The notes under the pieces were generated by a model, which searched no databases, was not told where the DNA came from, and worked only from the letters and a program-made list of their open reading frames with translations. Positions 18,769 to 29,280 of a DNA stretch of 64,000 nucleotides are shown piece after piece. Positions within the stretch are counted from its first letter, which is position 1; each line of letters starts with the position of its first letter. This DNA is from Alphaproteobacteria bacterium (lineage in GTDB: Bacteria > Pseudomonadota > Alphaproteobacteria > UBA828), in the NCBI GenBank assembly GCA_965237415.1, contig CBDEFM010000002.1:2688001-2752000 (forward strand), given 5' to 3'. Position numbers and translations under genes: made by a program.

Positions 18769-19868
18769 AGGTCGACGGCCGGCCCTATCGCAGCATCTGG
18801 CTGGACCAGGACGGGCGCACGATCGTCGTGATCGACCAGACGCGGCTCCCCCACAGCTTCGGGACACGCCGGCTGAATACGGTCGAGGATGCGGCAGACG
18901 CCATCAGGACGATGGTGGTGCGCGGCGCACCGCTGATCGGTGCGACGGCGGCATACGGTCTGGCCCTTGCGCTTGCCGACGACCCCGGCGATGCGAACTT
19001 GGAGAGCGCCATCACGCTCCTGGCCGGGACCCGGCCGACGGCAGTCAACCTGCACTGGGCGCTCGAGGATCTCGGCCGGAGGCTCCGCCCCTTGAATGCC
19101 GAAGACCGCGCTGCCACCGCCTACCGGCGGGCAAGCGACATCTGCGGCGAGGACGTCGCCATCAACCGGGCGATCGGGGAGAACGGGCTCGCCCTGGTGG
19201 AGCAAGCGGCAAGGGGCAAGAACGGCCCGGTCAACGTGCTGACCCACTGCAATGCCGGCTGGCTCGCCACGGTCGACTGGGGCACGGCGCTGGCACCGCT
19301 CTACATGGCCCACGACAAGGGCATTCCGGTTCATGTCTGGGTCGACGAGACCAGGCCGCGCAACCAGGGCGCCGCGCTCACTGCCTGGGAGTTGGCCCGC
19401 CACGGCGTGCCGCACACGGTGATCGTGGACAATGCCGGCGGCCACCTGATGCAGCGCGGCATGGTCGATCTCTGCATCACCGGCACCGACCGCACGACTG
19501 CCCGCGGCGATGTGTGCAACAAGATCGGCACCTATCTGAAGGCGTTGGCCGCCAGCGACAACGACGTCCCATTCTACGTCGCACTGCCCCATCCGACCAT
19601 CGACTGGTCCTTGGCAGACGGTGCCGACATCCCGATCGAGCAGCGGGACGAGGACGAGGTGCTGACGATCACTGGCCGCGACGAGGCGGGTCAGGAGACG
19701 AAAGTGGCGCTCACGCCCGCAGGCAGCCGCGCCGCCAACTACGCCTTCGACGTGACGCCGGCGCGGCTCGTGACCGCGCTCATCACCGATCGCGGCGTCT
19801 GCGATGCCTCCGAAGAGGGGCTGCAGAGCCTGTTTCCGGACCGCGCCGCCGAGGCGCCCTCGTCATAG
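18765..19868 (+). CDS. mtnA: S-methyl-5-thioribose-1-phosphate isomerase
   Basis: MVVRGAPLIG, TRPTAVNL, LTHCNAGWLATVDWGTA, ETRPRNQG, NYAFDVTP. Confidence 0.96.
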   Translation: MKVDGRPYRSIWLDQDGRTIVVIDQTRLPHSFGTRRLNTVEDAADAIRTMVVRGAPLIGATAAYGLALALADDPGDANLESAITLLAGTRPTAVNLHWALEDLGRRLRPLNAEDRAATAYRRASDICGEDVAINRAIGENGLALVEQAARGKNGPVNVLTHCNAGWLATVDWGTALAPLYMAHDKGIPVHVWVDETRPRNQGAALTAWELARHGVPHTVIVDNAGGHLMQRGMVDLCITGTDRTTARGDVCNKIGTYLKALAASDNDVPFYVALPHPTIDWSLADGADIPIEQRDEDEVLTITGRDEAGQETKVALTPAGSRAANYAFDVTPARLVTALITDRGVCDASEEGLQSLFPDRAAEAPSS

Positions 19869-20801
19869 CGCCATAGGCTGCGCCGGCGGGAGGTCGCCAA
19901 GTCGCGCCTCGATTTCTGCTGCCGACGGCATCGCCGGAGCGGCGCCCTCGACAAGGCAGGCGAGGCCGCCTACGACGCTCGCCCGGTGGAGCATCGCCGG
20001 CAGCGGCGCCGCTGCCGCAAGCCCGAGGGCGAGGCCCGCGACGAAGGCATCGCCCGCGCCCACCGTGTCCACAGGCTCGATCGCCAGCGCGCCGCAGCGC
20101 CAGGCCGCATCGGGGGCGAAGGCTGCGGCGCCGGCGCTTCCGAGGCTCACCACCGTCGTCACGCCAAAACGCGCGGCGATGGCGCGGCCGGCCTCCTCGC
20201 CCGATGCCGCGTCAAGTCCCTGTGCGCCGGCAAGCATCCCTGCCTCGATCTCGTTCAGCACCAGGAGGTCGAAGGACGGCAGCAGCGCCGTCGGCGCGGG
20301 CTTGGCCGGGGCCAGATTGAGCACGACCCGCGCCCCCCGCGCCTTGGCCCGCCGGGCGACCGCCCAGTTCGACTCAAGCGGAACCTCCATCTGCAAAACG
20401 AGCACCGTCTCCGGCCCGAGCCACTCCTCGGGCAGCGCCTCTGGCGGCAGGTCCGTATTGGCGCCACTCGCCACGGCAATCTGGTTCTCGCCCGCGCGGT
20501 CCACGATCACCGCGGCGCAGCCGGTGGGCAGCGCGCTCTCCGTGATCGCCTCGGTCCCGACGCCCGCGTCTTTCAGGGCCTGGAGCGCGAGCGGGGCGAA
20601 GCCGTCGGGGCCGACGCGGCCGACCATCTGCACCGAGTCCGCCGGGTCTGTGTTGGCCCGCGCGGCGGCGACCGCCTGATTAAGGCCCTTGCCGCCGGCC
20701 ACGGCACGATGGCCGGGGCACAGCACCGTCTCGCCCGCGCGCGGCAGGGCATCGACGTTGAACAGGAGATCAGCGTTCATTGAGCCGAAGACGACGATCA
20801 T
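19863..20801 (-). CDS. rbsK: Ribokinase (PfkB family)
   Basis: GSMNADL, GGKGLNQA, GENQIAVASGAN, DTVGAGDAF. Confidence 0.88.
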   Translation of the reverse strand: MIVVFGSMNADLLFNVDALPRAGETVLCPGHRAVAGGKGLNQAVAAARANTDPADSVQMVGRVGPDGFAPLALQALKDAGVGTEAITESALPTGCAAVIVDRAGENQIAVASGANTDLPPEALPEEWLGPETVLVLQMEVPLESNWAVARRAKARGARVVLNLAPAKPAPTALLPSFDLLVLNEIEAGMLAGAQGLDAASGEEAGRAIAARFGVTTVVSLGSAGAAAFAPDAAWRCGALAIEPVDTVGAGDAFVAGLALGLAAAAPLPAMLHRASVVGGLACLVEGAAPAMPSAAEIEARLGDLPPAQPMAL

Positions 20802-20813
20802 CGGAAGGCCCGC

Positions 20814-22409
20814 CTAGTGACGGAAGTGACGGAGGCCGGTGAAGACCATGGCGAGGCCCTGCTCGTCGGCCGCGGCGATGACCTCGGCGTCGCGCTTCGA
20901 CCCGCCCGGCTGAATCACGGCCGTGGCCCCGGCCGCGGCGGCGGCCAAGAGCCCGTCCGCAAACGGAAAAAACGCGTCCGACGCCACCACGCAGCCCTCC
21001 GCGCGCGAGCGTTCCTCGCCAGCGGCCGCCGACGCGTCGGCGGCCTTCTGCGCTGCGATCCGTGAGGAATCGACACGGCTCATCTGGCCTGCGCCGATGC
21101 CGACCGTGGCGCCGTCCTTTGCATAGACAATAGCGTTCGACTTCACGTGCTTGGCGACGGTAAAGGCGAACAGAAGGTCCGCGCGCTCCTGCTCCGTCGG
21201 CGTGCGCCTGGTCACGGTCTTGAGTGCATCCGGCGTCACCCGCGCAGTGTCCTGAGTCTGCACGAGAAAACCGTCGTCGAGAGTGCGCACCATGAGCCGT
21301 TCGCTGCTCGCATCGGCACTCGCGCCGGTCAGGAGAAGGCGCAGGTCGCCCTTTACGGCGAGGATGGCGCGCGCCTCCTCGTCGGCCTCGGGCGCCACCA
21401 CGACCTCGGTGAAGAGGCCGGCGATCGAGCGCGCGGTTGCGCCGTCGAGCAGCCGATTGGCGGCGACCACGCCGCCGAAGGCGCTCACCGGATCGCAGGC
21501 CCGCGCCTTCTCGTAAGCGGCTGCGAGGGTACCGCCGAGGCCGACGCCGCAGGGGTTGCCGTGTTTGATGATGGCGATTGCGGGCGGATCGAACTCGCGC
21601 ACCAGACCATAGGCCGCGTCGGCATCGGCCAGATTGTTGTAGCTCGGCTCCTTGCCCTGGATCAGCGCGGCCTGGGCCACGCCGGGCGGGGCCGTGGGAT
21701 CGACATAGAGAGCGGCGATCTGATGGGGATTCTCACCGTAGCGCAGCACCTGGCGGCGGGAGCCGCCGAACGCGAAGCGGTCGGGAAGGCGGTTATCGCC
21801 CGCTTCGGTCTCGGCTGCGAGACGGCGGGCGATGGCGGCGTCGTAGGCGGCCGTGCGTGCGAAGGCCGTCGCCGCCAGGCGTCGGCGCAGGGCGAGGCTG
21901 GTGACGCCGCCCAGTGCCTCCATTTCGTCCACCACGGCTTGGTAGTCCGAAGGCTGCACCACCACCGTCACGTCCTCATGGTTCTTGGCCGCCGCCCGGA
22001 TCATGGCGGGGCCCCCGATATCGATGGTCTCGATGCACGTGTCGAGCGCGGCGCCCTCCCGCACCGCCTCCTCGAAGGGGTAGAGGTTGACCGCCACAAG
22101 ATCGATGCCAGCGATCCCGTGCGCCTCCAGCGCCGCGCGATGGTCGGCGTCTCCCCTCCGGGCGAGAATCCCGCCGTGGATCGCCGGGTGCAGGGTCTTC
22201 ACCCGCCCGCCCATGATCTCGGGAAAGCCGGTGTGGTCGGAGACATCGGTGACCGCGATCCCGGCATCGCGCAGGACCCGCGCAGTGCCGCCGGTTGAGA
22301 GAATGGCGACGCCCAGGCGCGCCAGCGCGGACGCAAACGCCTCGAGCCTCGTCTTGTCGGAGACCGAGACGAGTGCGCGTGCAATGGGCCGGCCTTGCGT
22401 GTCGGGCAT
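20814..22409 (-). CDS. purH: Bifunctional AICAR transformylase/IMP cyclohydrolase
   Basis: [42 protein letters not shown]. Confidence 0.98.
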   Translation of the reverse strand: MPDTQGRPIARALVSVSDKTRLEAFASALARLGVAILSTGGTARVLRDAGIAVTDVSDHTGFPEIMGGRVKTLHPAIHGGILARRGDADHRAALEAHGIAGIDLVAVNLYPFEEAVREGAALDTCIETIDIGGPAMIRAAAKNHEDVTVVVQPSDYQAVVDEMEALGGVTSLALRRRLAATAFARTAAYDAAIARRLAAETEAGDNRLPDRFAFGGSRRQVLRYGENPHQIAALYVDPTAPPGVAQAALIQGKEPSYNNLADADAAYGLVREFDPPAIAIIKHGNPCGVGLGGTLAAAYEKARACDPVSAFGGVVAANRLLDGATARSIAGLFTEVVVAPEADEEARAILAVKGDLRLLLTGASADASSERLMVRTLDDGFLVQTQDTARVTPDALKTVTRRTPTEQERADLLFAFTVAKHVKSNAIVYAKDGATVGIGAGQMSRVDSSRIAAQKAADASAAAGEERSRAEGCVVASDAFFPFADGLLAAAAAGATAVIQPGGSKRDAEVIAAADEQGLAMVFTGLRHFRH

Positions 22410-22441
22410 TGGGATGCTCCCTGATGCGGCGTCGGAACCGG

Positions 22442-24385
22442 CTAAAGCGCGAGTCCGGCGTCAGCCGGGGCGGCCGAGAGAGCGGCGTCGCTCGACTGGT
22501 ATTCAGGGACCATCGCCGCCACCAGCGCCAACGCGTCCCGCGTGCGCCGGTCCTGTGCGGCGGCTGCCAACTGGTCGAGCCGGCGCCGCATGAGGGTGAT
22601 GTCGGCGGGGCGCGACTGGGCCCTGAGAATACCCGGCGTCTCGGTCGCGACCATCGGCTCGGCCGGGTGAAACAGGCTCTCGTCCTTCTTTTCGCCCGGG
22701 CGCAGCCCCGTGAACACGATTTCGATGTCCTTATCGGGCGTAAGCCCGGCGAGGCGGATCATCTGCCGCGCGAGATCGACGATCTTGATGGGCTTGCCCA
22801 TGTCGAGCACATAGATGCCGCCGCCCTCTTCGCCGGCACCGAGCGCCGACGCTTGAAGAAGGAGCTGCACCGCCTCCCGCGTCGTCATGAAGTAGCGCGC
22901 GACATCGGGGTCGGTGACGGTGACCGGCCCGCCGTCGGCGATCTGGCGCTGGAAGAGCGGTACGACCGAGCCCGAGGAGCCGATCACGTTGCCGAAGCGC
23001 ACCGTCACCAGCCGCAATCCCCCGGCCGCCTGCGAGTCGGCGAGCGCCTGGCAGTAGCTCTCCGCTATGCGCTTGGTCGCTCCCATCACGCTCGTCGGGT
23101 TGACCGCCTTGTCGGTCGAGACCAGCACCATCGTCCGCGTGCCGTCGGCGATACAGGCATCGGCCACATTGCGTGTGCCCACGGCATTGGTGAGCACGCC
23201 CTCGTTGGGGTTGGCCTCGACCATGTGCACATGCTTGAGCGCCGCCGCATGGAACACCAGTTCCGGGCGCTCGCGGGCGAAGGTCGAGGCGAGGCGGCCG
23301 GGATCGCGCACGTCCCCCAGTACGGTGCTGCGCGAGAGGCCCGGATGCGCCCCCTCTAGCTCGAGATCGATCTGGTAGAGGTTGTATTCGGCGTTGTCGA
23401 TCAGGGTGAGGTGCGTGGGCTCATCGTCAGCGATCTGCCGTGCAAGCTCGGCACCGATGGTGCCGCCGGCGCCGGTGATGCAGACCCGACGGCCATTGAC
23501 CAGGGCCCGCATGGCGGCGCGATCGGGTGCGGCTTGCGGGCGGCCGAGCAGGTCTTCGAGGCGGATCGGGCGCACATCGATGTCGCGTGCGCCGCCGGGG
23601 CGGAAATCGGTCAACTCGGGCAGGCGGGAGAGCGGAAGCCCGATCGCCTCGCATGACGCAAGCAAGGTGCCGAGATGGTCAGGGTCGGGGTCCGGCGCCG
23701 TGAGCACCGCGTGGTGGGGGCCCGCACCACGAGCGCGGAGCCCGCGCACGATCTCCGGCAGCTCGGCCGTTGTCCCCAGTATCCGGATACCGTGGATGTG
23801 ACGCCTTGTCTTGCTTGCGTCGTCGTCAACGATGCCGACGACGCGGTAGTTCGAGGACGAGCCGCGCGTCGTGGCGCTGATGAAGAGCTCGGCATTGTCG
23901 CCAGCGCCCAGCAGCAGCACTGGTATGCGCCGTGCCGCGCCGCCGCCGCGCCGCAGCACGCCTGCGAGGCCGCCGTCCAGGACGGCCCGGTAAACGACCC
24001 GCGGTCCGACCAAAAGCGCAATCAGGATGAACCAGTTGATGAGGAAGGCCGAGCGGGGATAGCCTTCGAGGCGCGTGAGCGCAAAGAGGATCGGCACGAA
24101 GATCAGCACTGCGAGGCTCACGGTCTGTACGACCAGCACGACGTCGCGGAGCGCAGTGTAGCGCCAGACCCCGCGGTAGATGCGCATACGCCAGAAGACG
24201 AGCGCCGCGACCGCCGAGAAGAGCAACATCCCCTCGATGATGAAGCTGCTCGAGAGCTCCCAAAACGAGCCGAGCCCGTAGCGCAGCAGCAGAGCAAGCG
24301 CGAACGACGCGCCCGCCATGGCCACGTCGTGGGCCGCCACTATGTACGCGCGGCGGACGATCAAGCGTGTCCCGATGCGCCGCAT
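22442..24385 (-). CDS. Nucleoside-diphosphate sugar 4,6-dehydratase, CapD/PglF family
   Basis: N-terminal TM helices; [38 protein letters not shown]. Start placed at ATG 24385, directly after the upstream stop. Confidence 0.92.
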   Translation of the reverse strand: MRRIGTRLIVRRAYIVAAHDVAMAGASFALALLLRYGLGSFWELSSSFIIEGMLLFSAVAALVFWRMRIYRGVWRYTALRDVVLVVQTVSLAVLIFVPILFALTRLEGYPRSAFLINWFILIALLVGPRVVYRAVLDGGLAGVLRRGGGAARRIPVLLLGAGDNAELFISATTRGSSSNYRVVGIVDDDASKTRRHIHGIRILGTTAELPEIVRGLRARGAGPHHAVLTAPDPDPDHLGTLLASCEAIGLPLSRLPELTDFRPGGARDIDVRPIRLEDLLGRPQAAPDRAAMRALVNGRRVCITGAGGTIGAELARQIADDEPTHLTLIDNAEYNLYQIDLELEGAHPGLSRSTVLGDVRDPGRLASTFARERPELVFHAAALKHVHMVEANPNEGVLTNAVGTRNVADACIADGTRTMVLVSTDKAVNPTSVMGATKRIAESYCQALADSQAAGGLRLVTVRFGNVIGSSGSVVPLFQRQIADGGPVTVTDPDVARYFMTTREAVQLLLQASALGAGEEGGGIYVLDMGKPIKIVDLARQMIRLAGLTPDKDIEIVFTGLRPGEKKDESLFHPAEPMVATETPGILRAQSRPADITLMRRRLDQLAAAAQDRRTRDALALVAAMVPEYQSSDAALSAAPADAGLAL

Positions 24386-24386
24386 A

Positions 24387-25424
24387 TCAAGCCTGTTTCG
24401 ACGCGCCGCATGTTGCCCGAGCGGCAGCGTGAAGATACCACAGGAGCGCTGCAACGAGCAGCGCGCCTGCGGCGAGTGCGGCGCCGGCAGCGGTACTGCC
24501 CTGCTGCGACGCGAGCGCCAAACCGATGAGCAGGAGATTGTGGCCTGCGATCAGTGCGGCCGTGCGTCCGTGGCTCCAGCCCGCTGCGACGACCCGCTGA
24601 TAGAGGTGCTCGCGATGCGCTTCCCATATGCGCCGGCCGCGGAGGAGGCGGCGCGTCAGCGTAAACGTTGCATCTGCAAGGTAATAGGCCGGTAGCAGCA
24701 GCGCCGCCTGCCATGCGCCCGCCGACGCCAGCGCCAGCAGGAGCCATCCGGCCAGGTAACCGAGCGGGACGCTGCCGACATCGCCGAGAAAGATCTTGGC
24801 GGGATTCCAGTTCCAGAGCAGAAAACCGAGCGAGACGCCGGCGAGAGCCAGCCCCAGCGGGCCCAGACCCGCCGGCGCCACGCCCAACAGCACCAGCAGG
24901 AACGTGCCGAGCCCGAGGCTCGCGCCCTCGGCGCCGCTGATCCCGTCGATCCCGTCCATGAAGTTGAACAGGTTCACGAACCAGAGCCAGGCCGCGGCCG
25001 CCAGCGCGTGATCGACGAGGGGCGTAAGGGTGCCCTGAAAGACGAGAGCGTCGCCGGGAAGCGAGGCGATCCCGGCGGCAACCGCCGCGATCTGCGCCAG
25101 GAGGCGCAGCAGGGCCGAGAGACCGCCGCGCAGATCGTCGAGCCAGGAAATCGCGGCGAGCCCAAGCGCGCCCGCAATAGCGACCCAGAAGAGCGACCCG
25201 CAGCCTTGGCAGGCGTCTGACAGCCAGAGGGCGAGCCAGGCTGCGATCAGGACGCCGACCACGGCGATGCCGCCGCCGCGGGGTACGGGCCCAGCGTGGC
25301 TTGAGCGCTCGTTGGGGCGGTCCATGACTCCGTGGCGCCTGAGAACCGCCCGCACGAGACCGGTCAGAGCCGCCACCGCCGCGAAGCTGACGCCGCCCGC
25401 TGCGAGGGACGCCGTGAGGCTCAC
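24387..25424 (-). CDS. Polyprenyl-phosphate HexNAc-1-phosphate transferase (WecA/WbpL-like)
   Basis: DRPNERSSH..PRGGG, NLFNFMDGIDG, IFLGDVGS, HREHLYQR. Confidence 0.92.
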   Translation of the reverse strand: MSLTASLAAGGVSFAAVAALTGLVRAVLRRHGVMDRPNERSSHAGPVPRGGGIAVVGVLIAAWLALWLSDACQGCGSLFWVAIAGALGLAAISWLDDLRGGLSALLRLLAQIAAVAAGIASLPGDALVFQGTLTPLVDHALAAAAWLWFVNLFNFMDGIDGISGAEGASLGLGTFLLVLLGVAPAGLGPLGLALAGVSLGFLLWNWNPAKIFLGDVGSVPLGYLAGWLLLALASAGAWQAALLLPAYYLADATFTLTRRLLRGRRIWEAHREHLYQRVVAAGWSHGRTAALIAGHNLLLIGLALASQQGSTAAGAALAAGALLVAALLWYLHAAARATCGASKQA

Positions 25425-25766
25425 CGCGCTAGCCAGGGCGCCACCTCTGCCGGCCTCCCGCCATCTGTCATGCTCAAGGCTCCCCGCCTTCCGTCATTTG
25501 GTGCCGCGCCGACACCCGGTGCGGCGCGCCAATCGCACCGCTCGCTCTTACACCCGGATTCCCTTCGCCCACAGGCGAATTGCAACGTCAATTCCGATTG
25601 TATTGGAACTCGGAGCGTCATACCCGGCCTGTTACGGCGAGCTAACGTGATCGGGCGTGGCGGTAGCGCCTGCGATATGACATACTGGCGACAGAGTTGC
25701 AGATGCTGCCCGGTACACCTCGCAGAATGCTCACATTGAGACCGTCCCAGTGAGATTCACCGACTG

Positions 25767-26015
25767 ATGTACACGCGAATCGACCCTCTTATGCTGACCT
25801 ATGAGGTCGGGGTCGACGAGTATCTCGCGACACTTGCCGCGAGGCATGCTGGGCTCGAACGGGCTATCCAGGAAGAGGCCGGGAGACCGGCACCCGACGG
25901 ACTGTCTCTAACCGATTTGAAGCGACGCAAGCTCAAGGTCAAGGACGAGATAGAGAGGCTGCGAACGGAGGCGGCGGGCGCGGATCGTCGCTCGGGCGTT
26001 CAAAGTCGGCGTTAG
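25767..26015 (+). CDS. DUF465/YdcH family small coiled-coil protein
   Basis: LAARHAGLERAI..RPAPD..LKRRKLKVKDEI; exact start uncertain (25767 or 25791). Confidence 0.8.
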   Translation: MYTRIDPLMLTYEVGVDEYLATLAARHAGLERAIQEEAGRPAPDGLSLTDLKRRKLKVKDEIERLRTEAAGADRRSGVQSRR

Positions 26016-26199
26016 CCGCCCCAGGCGGTGGCGCGCGCCAACCGAGCATCCCCAACGCCGGAATGCGGGGCATTTCCGGAGGGGGATGTTCACGCTGCGA
26101 TTGACAGAGGGCCATCGCACCGCCAGGGTCGGCAATCGATCGCCGCTCCTGACTGACGAAACGACGTACGCGCGTATGGTGTAGGGACTTATTCGGGGT

Positions 26200-29187
26200 A
26201 TGGATCGCCAGTCTCGCCGTTGGGTCGGCCGCATTGCGGCGCTCGCGCTGATCGCGGCGTTCGCGGCCAGCGCGCCCGCGCCGATGCAGGCGGCGCTCGG
26301 GGCCACGGCGGTTGAAGTCGAGACGGAACTGGAGACCCTCCGCGTCGGGCGTGGCGACAGCCTGTCCGTCCTGTTGAGCAGGGCCGGTGTGCGCGCCGTG
26401 GACGCTGACAGAATCAGCAAGGCAATCCAGAAGAAGACGAACCTGCGGCGCATGAGTATCGGCCGCGAGGTGCGGCTCCTGTTCAGAGTGGAAGACGAGC
26501 GCCAGCGCATCCCGGTTGCGGTCAGCGTCGAGACAGGGCAGGGCCGGTTCGTCGAGGCGACACGGAGCGCAAACGGCCGCTACACCGCGCACCGCACCAG
26601 GCTCCCCCTTACTCGACCCATCCCGCTGACAGAGGTCGCGCTCGGCGACGATGGCCACAGCGTGACGGTGCGGCGCAACGATACGATCGGTGGCATCCTG
26701 CGCCGTCATGGCGTCGACGGCACCACAATGGACGCCATCGTGAGCGCGCTGCGCGGGAGCTTCGACCCGCGCGACCTCATGCCGGGCCACGCCATCACCA
26801 TTGCCGCCGGGCGTAGCGCCGACGGTGCGCCCGTTGTGAACGCCATCGCACTCCACCTCGACGGCGACAAGGCGGTGGCCGTCGTCCGCACCGATAGCGG
26901 AGGGTTCGCCGCGCAACGCACCACTGGCACTGCGCTGCAATCCGTGGCGCTTGCATCCGCAGCTGTACCTGCGGTGGAATACTATGCAACGCCGCCGGCA
27001 AAGCCGGTCCTCAAGAGTGTCGAAGCCAGTCCCGCGGTCGCCGATCAGCCTCGCGGCACCACCCCCGCCTACGATGGCCCGGAGCACCCCGCAGAGCCCG
27101 AACTCTTCGAGCTGCGCCGCACCCTGCGCGCGGGCAGCACCCTGATGGATTTGTTGCTCGACGCCGACGTGCGGAGACCCGAGGCGGATGCCCTCGTGCA
27201 GAGCCTGCGCCGGGTGTTCAACCCGCGGCGCCTCCCCGCCGGTATCACGGTGAGGGTCGCGAAGCGGCCCGTGCCCGGTTTCGAGCCGCGCATCGCATGG
27301 CTCGACATCGAACTGCCGCATGGGCGGCGTATTCTGATGGAGCGGGAAGAGAAGGGGCGTTTCTCCAGCCGAATCACGAACGAGCCGCCACCGCCGCCCG
27401 CGCAGCCGCGCGCGGTGGCCGACGCCGCCGCGGCGGACCGCGCCGGCGTCGCTCCCGCACCGAGCGCGAGGCCTGTAGCGCCGGAGCCTCTGCCGCCGTC
27501 CGCCACACGCATCACGGTGCGATCAGGCGATACCCTGATGGCCATCTTGCGACGGCAAGGGATCGATCGCGTGGAGGCGGATCGCGCCATTCAGGCGGCC
27601 CGCACACTGTTTAATTTGAGGCGCCTCAGAATCGGACAGGAAATCACGTTGGTGACCGGCATCGACGAGACGGGTGCGGACACCCTCAAGACCGTCGCGC
27701 TGCGCGTTGGCGACGATCGCTTCGTCAAGGTGACCCGCACTGCCGACAACCATTTCGAAGCGGCGCGGGTGGACCGGCTCGGGCTCATGACCGCCTCGCT
27801 TGAGCGCGTCCGCGCGGCGAGCGAACAGCCCGACGGCGAGCTGCGCCGCGAACGGGCGGACGCCGCGGACCGCGGGCACGTGATGAACGCTGCCTTTGTC
27901 GCCGCCGCCGCACCGATTGCGAGCGTCCCCCCCGGGCTTGAGCCCCAAGGCGCGGCGGATCCCCACAGCGGTGCCGTCAACGGCGTCGTCAATGGCACCG
28001 TCAACGGCGCCGTCATCGGCACTCTCGACGGCAGCGCCGGCGCTCACCTCGATCCCGACGACGGCTTGGTGCGGAAGGCGGTGGTCATTCGCAGGGGGGA
28101 CACGCTGTCGGCCGCGCTCGCCCGGGCGGGCGGCACGCGCAAGGAGGCGGAGGCGGCAATCGTCGCCTTCCGCAAGGTTCACAATCCACGCCAGCTGCGG
28201 GTCGGCCAGACGCTCTCCCTCTCGTTCGATCCGGCGAGCGGGTCGGACGGTGCCCCGCAGCTCGCCTCGCTTGCCCTCGACGTGGCGGCAGATCGCGATG
28301 TCGTGGTGACGCGCGGCGGTGACGGCATTTTCTTGTCGAGCGTGGTGGACCGGCCGCTCGAGCGCATCCTGCAAAGGACGGTCGGCACGATCGATGCCAA
28401 TCTCTATGACACGGCGCTCGCCGCGGGAATGCCGAACCAGGTCCTCATGGAGATGGTGCACATCTTCAGCTTCGACGTGGACTTCCAGCGCGAAATCCAG
28501 CCCGGCGACCGCTTCGAGGTTCTCTACGAAGCGGTTTTCAACACGGCCGGCGAGTTCGTGGAGAACGGCCCGATCCTTTATGCCTTGCTCGAGGTTGGCG
28601 AGCGCGAGGTGGAGCTCTTCCGCTACGAGCCCGACGAGGGGCCGGCGGACCACCTGGACACCAAGGGCGCGAGCGTGCGCAAGGCCCTCATGCGTACGCC
28701 GATCAACGGTGCCCGCCTCTCGTCCGGCTACGGCATGCGCAGGCACCCGATCCTGGGCTACACCAAGAAGCACCTGGGCGTCGATTTCGCGGCGCCCGCA
28801 GGCACGCTAATCTATGCCGGAGGCGACGGGACGATCACGATGATCGGCCGCCACGGCAACTTCGGCAAATACATCCGCATCCGACACAACGGCACCTACA
28901 GCACCGGCTATGCCCACCTCAATGGCTATGCGAGCGGCATAAAGAAGGGCAAGCGGGTGCGCCAGGGGCAGGTCATCGCCTATGTCGGTTCCACCGGAAT
29001 GTCGACCGGGCCGCACCTCCACTACGAGGTGATGCAGGGCAACAAGCGGATCAACCCGATGACGCTCAAGCTGCCCTCCGGACGCAAGCTGGAAGGCCAC
29101 GAGCTCGCCGCGTTCCAGCAGCAAGTGCAGAAGATCACGGTCCTGCTCGCCGAGGTGCCTGCGGTCACGCGCGTCGCCCAGCGCTAA
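26200..29187 (+). CDS. M23 family peptidoglycan DD-endopeptidase with five repeated LysM/OapA-like modules
   Basis: Signal/TM segment; RLSSGYGMRRHPILG, HLGVD (HxxxD), YAHL, GPHLHYE; five GD(T/S)L-like modules. Confidence 0.9.
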   Translation: MDRQSRRWVGRIAALALIAAFAASAPAPMQAALGATAVEVETELETLRVGRGDSLSVLLSRAGVRAVDADRISKAIQKKTNLRRMSIGREVRLLFRVEDERQRIPVAVSVETGQGRFVEATRSANGRYTAHRTRLPLTRPIPLTEVALGDDGHSVTVRRNDTIGGILRRHGVDGTTMDAIVSALRGSFDPRDLMPGHAITIAAGRSADGAPVVNAIALHLDGDKAVAVVRTDSGGFAAQRTTGTALQSVALASAAVPAVEYYATPPAKPVLKSVEASPAVADQPRGTTPAYDGPEHPAEPELFELRRTLRAGSTLMDLLLDADVRRPEADALVQSLRRVFNPRRLPAGITVRVAKRPVPGFEPRIAWLDIELPHGRRILMEREEKGRFSSRITNEPPPPPAQPRAVADAAAADRAGVAPAPSARPVAPEPLPPSATRITVRSGDTLMAILRRQGIDRVEADRAIQAARTLFNLRRLRIGQEITLVTGIDETGADTLKTVALRVGDDRFVKVTRTADNHFEAARVDRLGLMTASLERVRAASEQPDGELRRERADAADRGHVMNAAFVAAAAPIASVPPGLEPQGAADPHSGAVNGVVNGTVNGAVIGTLDGSAGAHLDPDDGLVRKAVVIRRGDTLSAALARAGGTRKEAEAAIVAFRKVHNPRQLRVGQTLSLSFDPASGSDGAPQLASLALDVAADRDVVVTRGGDGIFLSSVVDRPLERILQRTVGTIDANLYDTALAAGMPNQVLMEMVHIFSFDVDFQREIQPGDRFEVLYEAVFNTAGEFVENGPILYALLEVGEREVELFRYEPDEGPADHLDTKGASVRKALMRTPINGARLSSGYGMRRHPILGYTKKHLGVDFAAPAGTLIYAGGDGTITMIGRHGNFGKYIRIRHNGTYSTGYAHLNGYASGIKKGKRVRQGQVIAYVGSTGMSTGPHLHYEVMQGNKRINPMTLKLPSGRKLEGHELAAFQQQVQKITVLLAEVPAVTRVAQR
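27970..28029 (+). repeat. Imperfect 12-bp tandem repeat (G-x-V-N) inside the M23 gene
   Basis: ggtgccgtcaac ggcgtcgtcaat ggcaccgtcaac ggcgccgtcatc ggcactctcgac encodes GAVN GVVN GTVN GAVI GTLD. Confidence 0.7.
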
Positions 29188-29280
29188 CCGAAGCTAACCA
29201 GAGGCCGGTCGCCACGCGCGGCGGCAAACCCACCACGCAATCCTCTTCGATTTAACGCGCGAGCGCCTGAGGTGCTGTCG

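Noticed and set aside
22442-25424. Capsule or O-antigen island
   Set aside because: Only the common CapD-like plus WecA-like pair; no flippase, polymerase, further glycosyltransferases or compositional shift.
25577-25633. GAATTG-N6-CAATTC palindrome and GGAAC..GTT as FNR or EcfG sites
   Set aside because: Spacing fits neither TTGAT-N4-ATCAA nor GGAAC-N16/17-CGTT.
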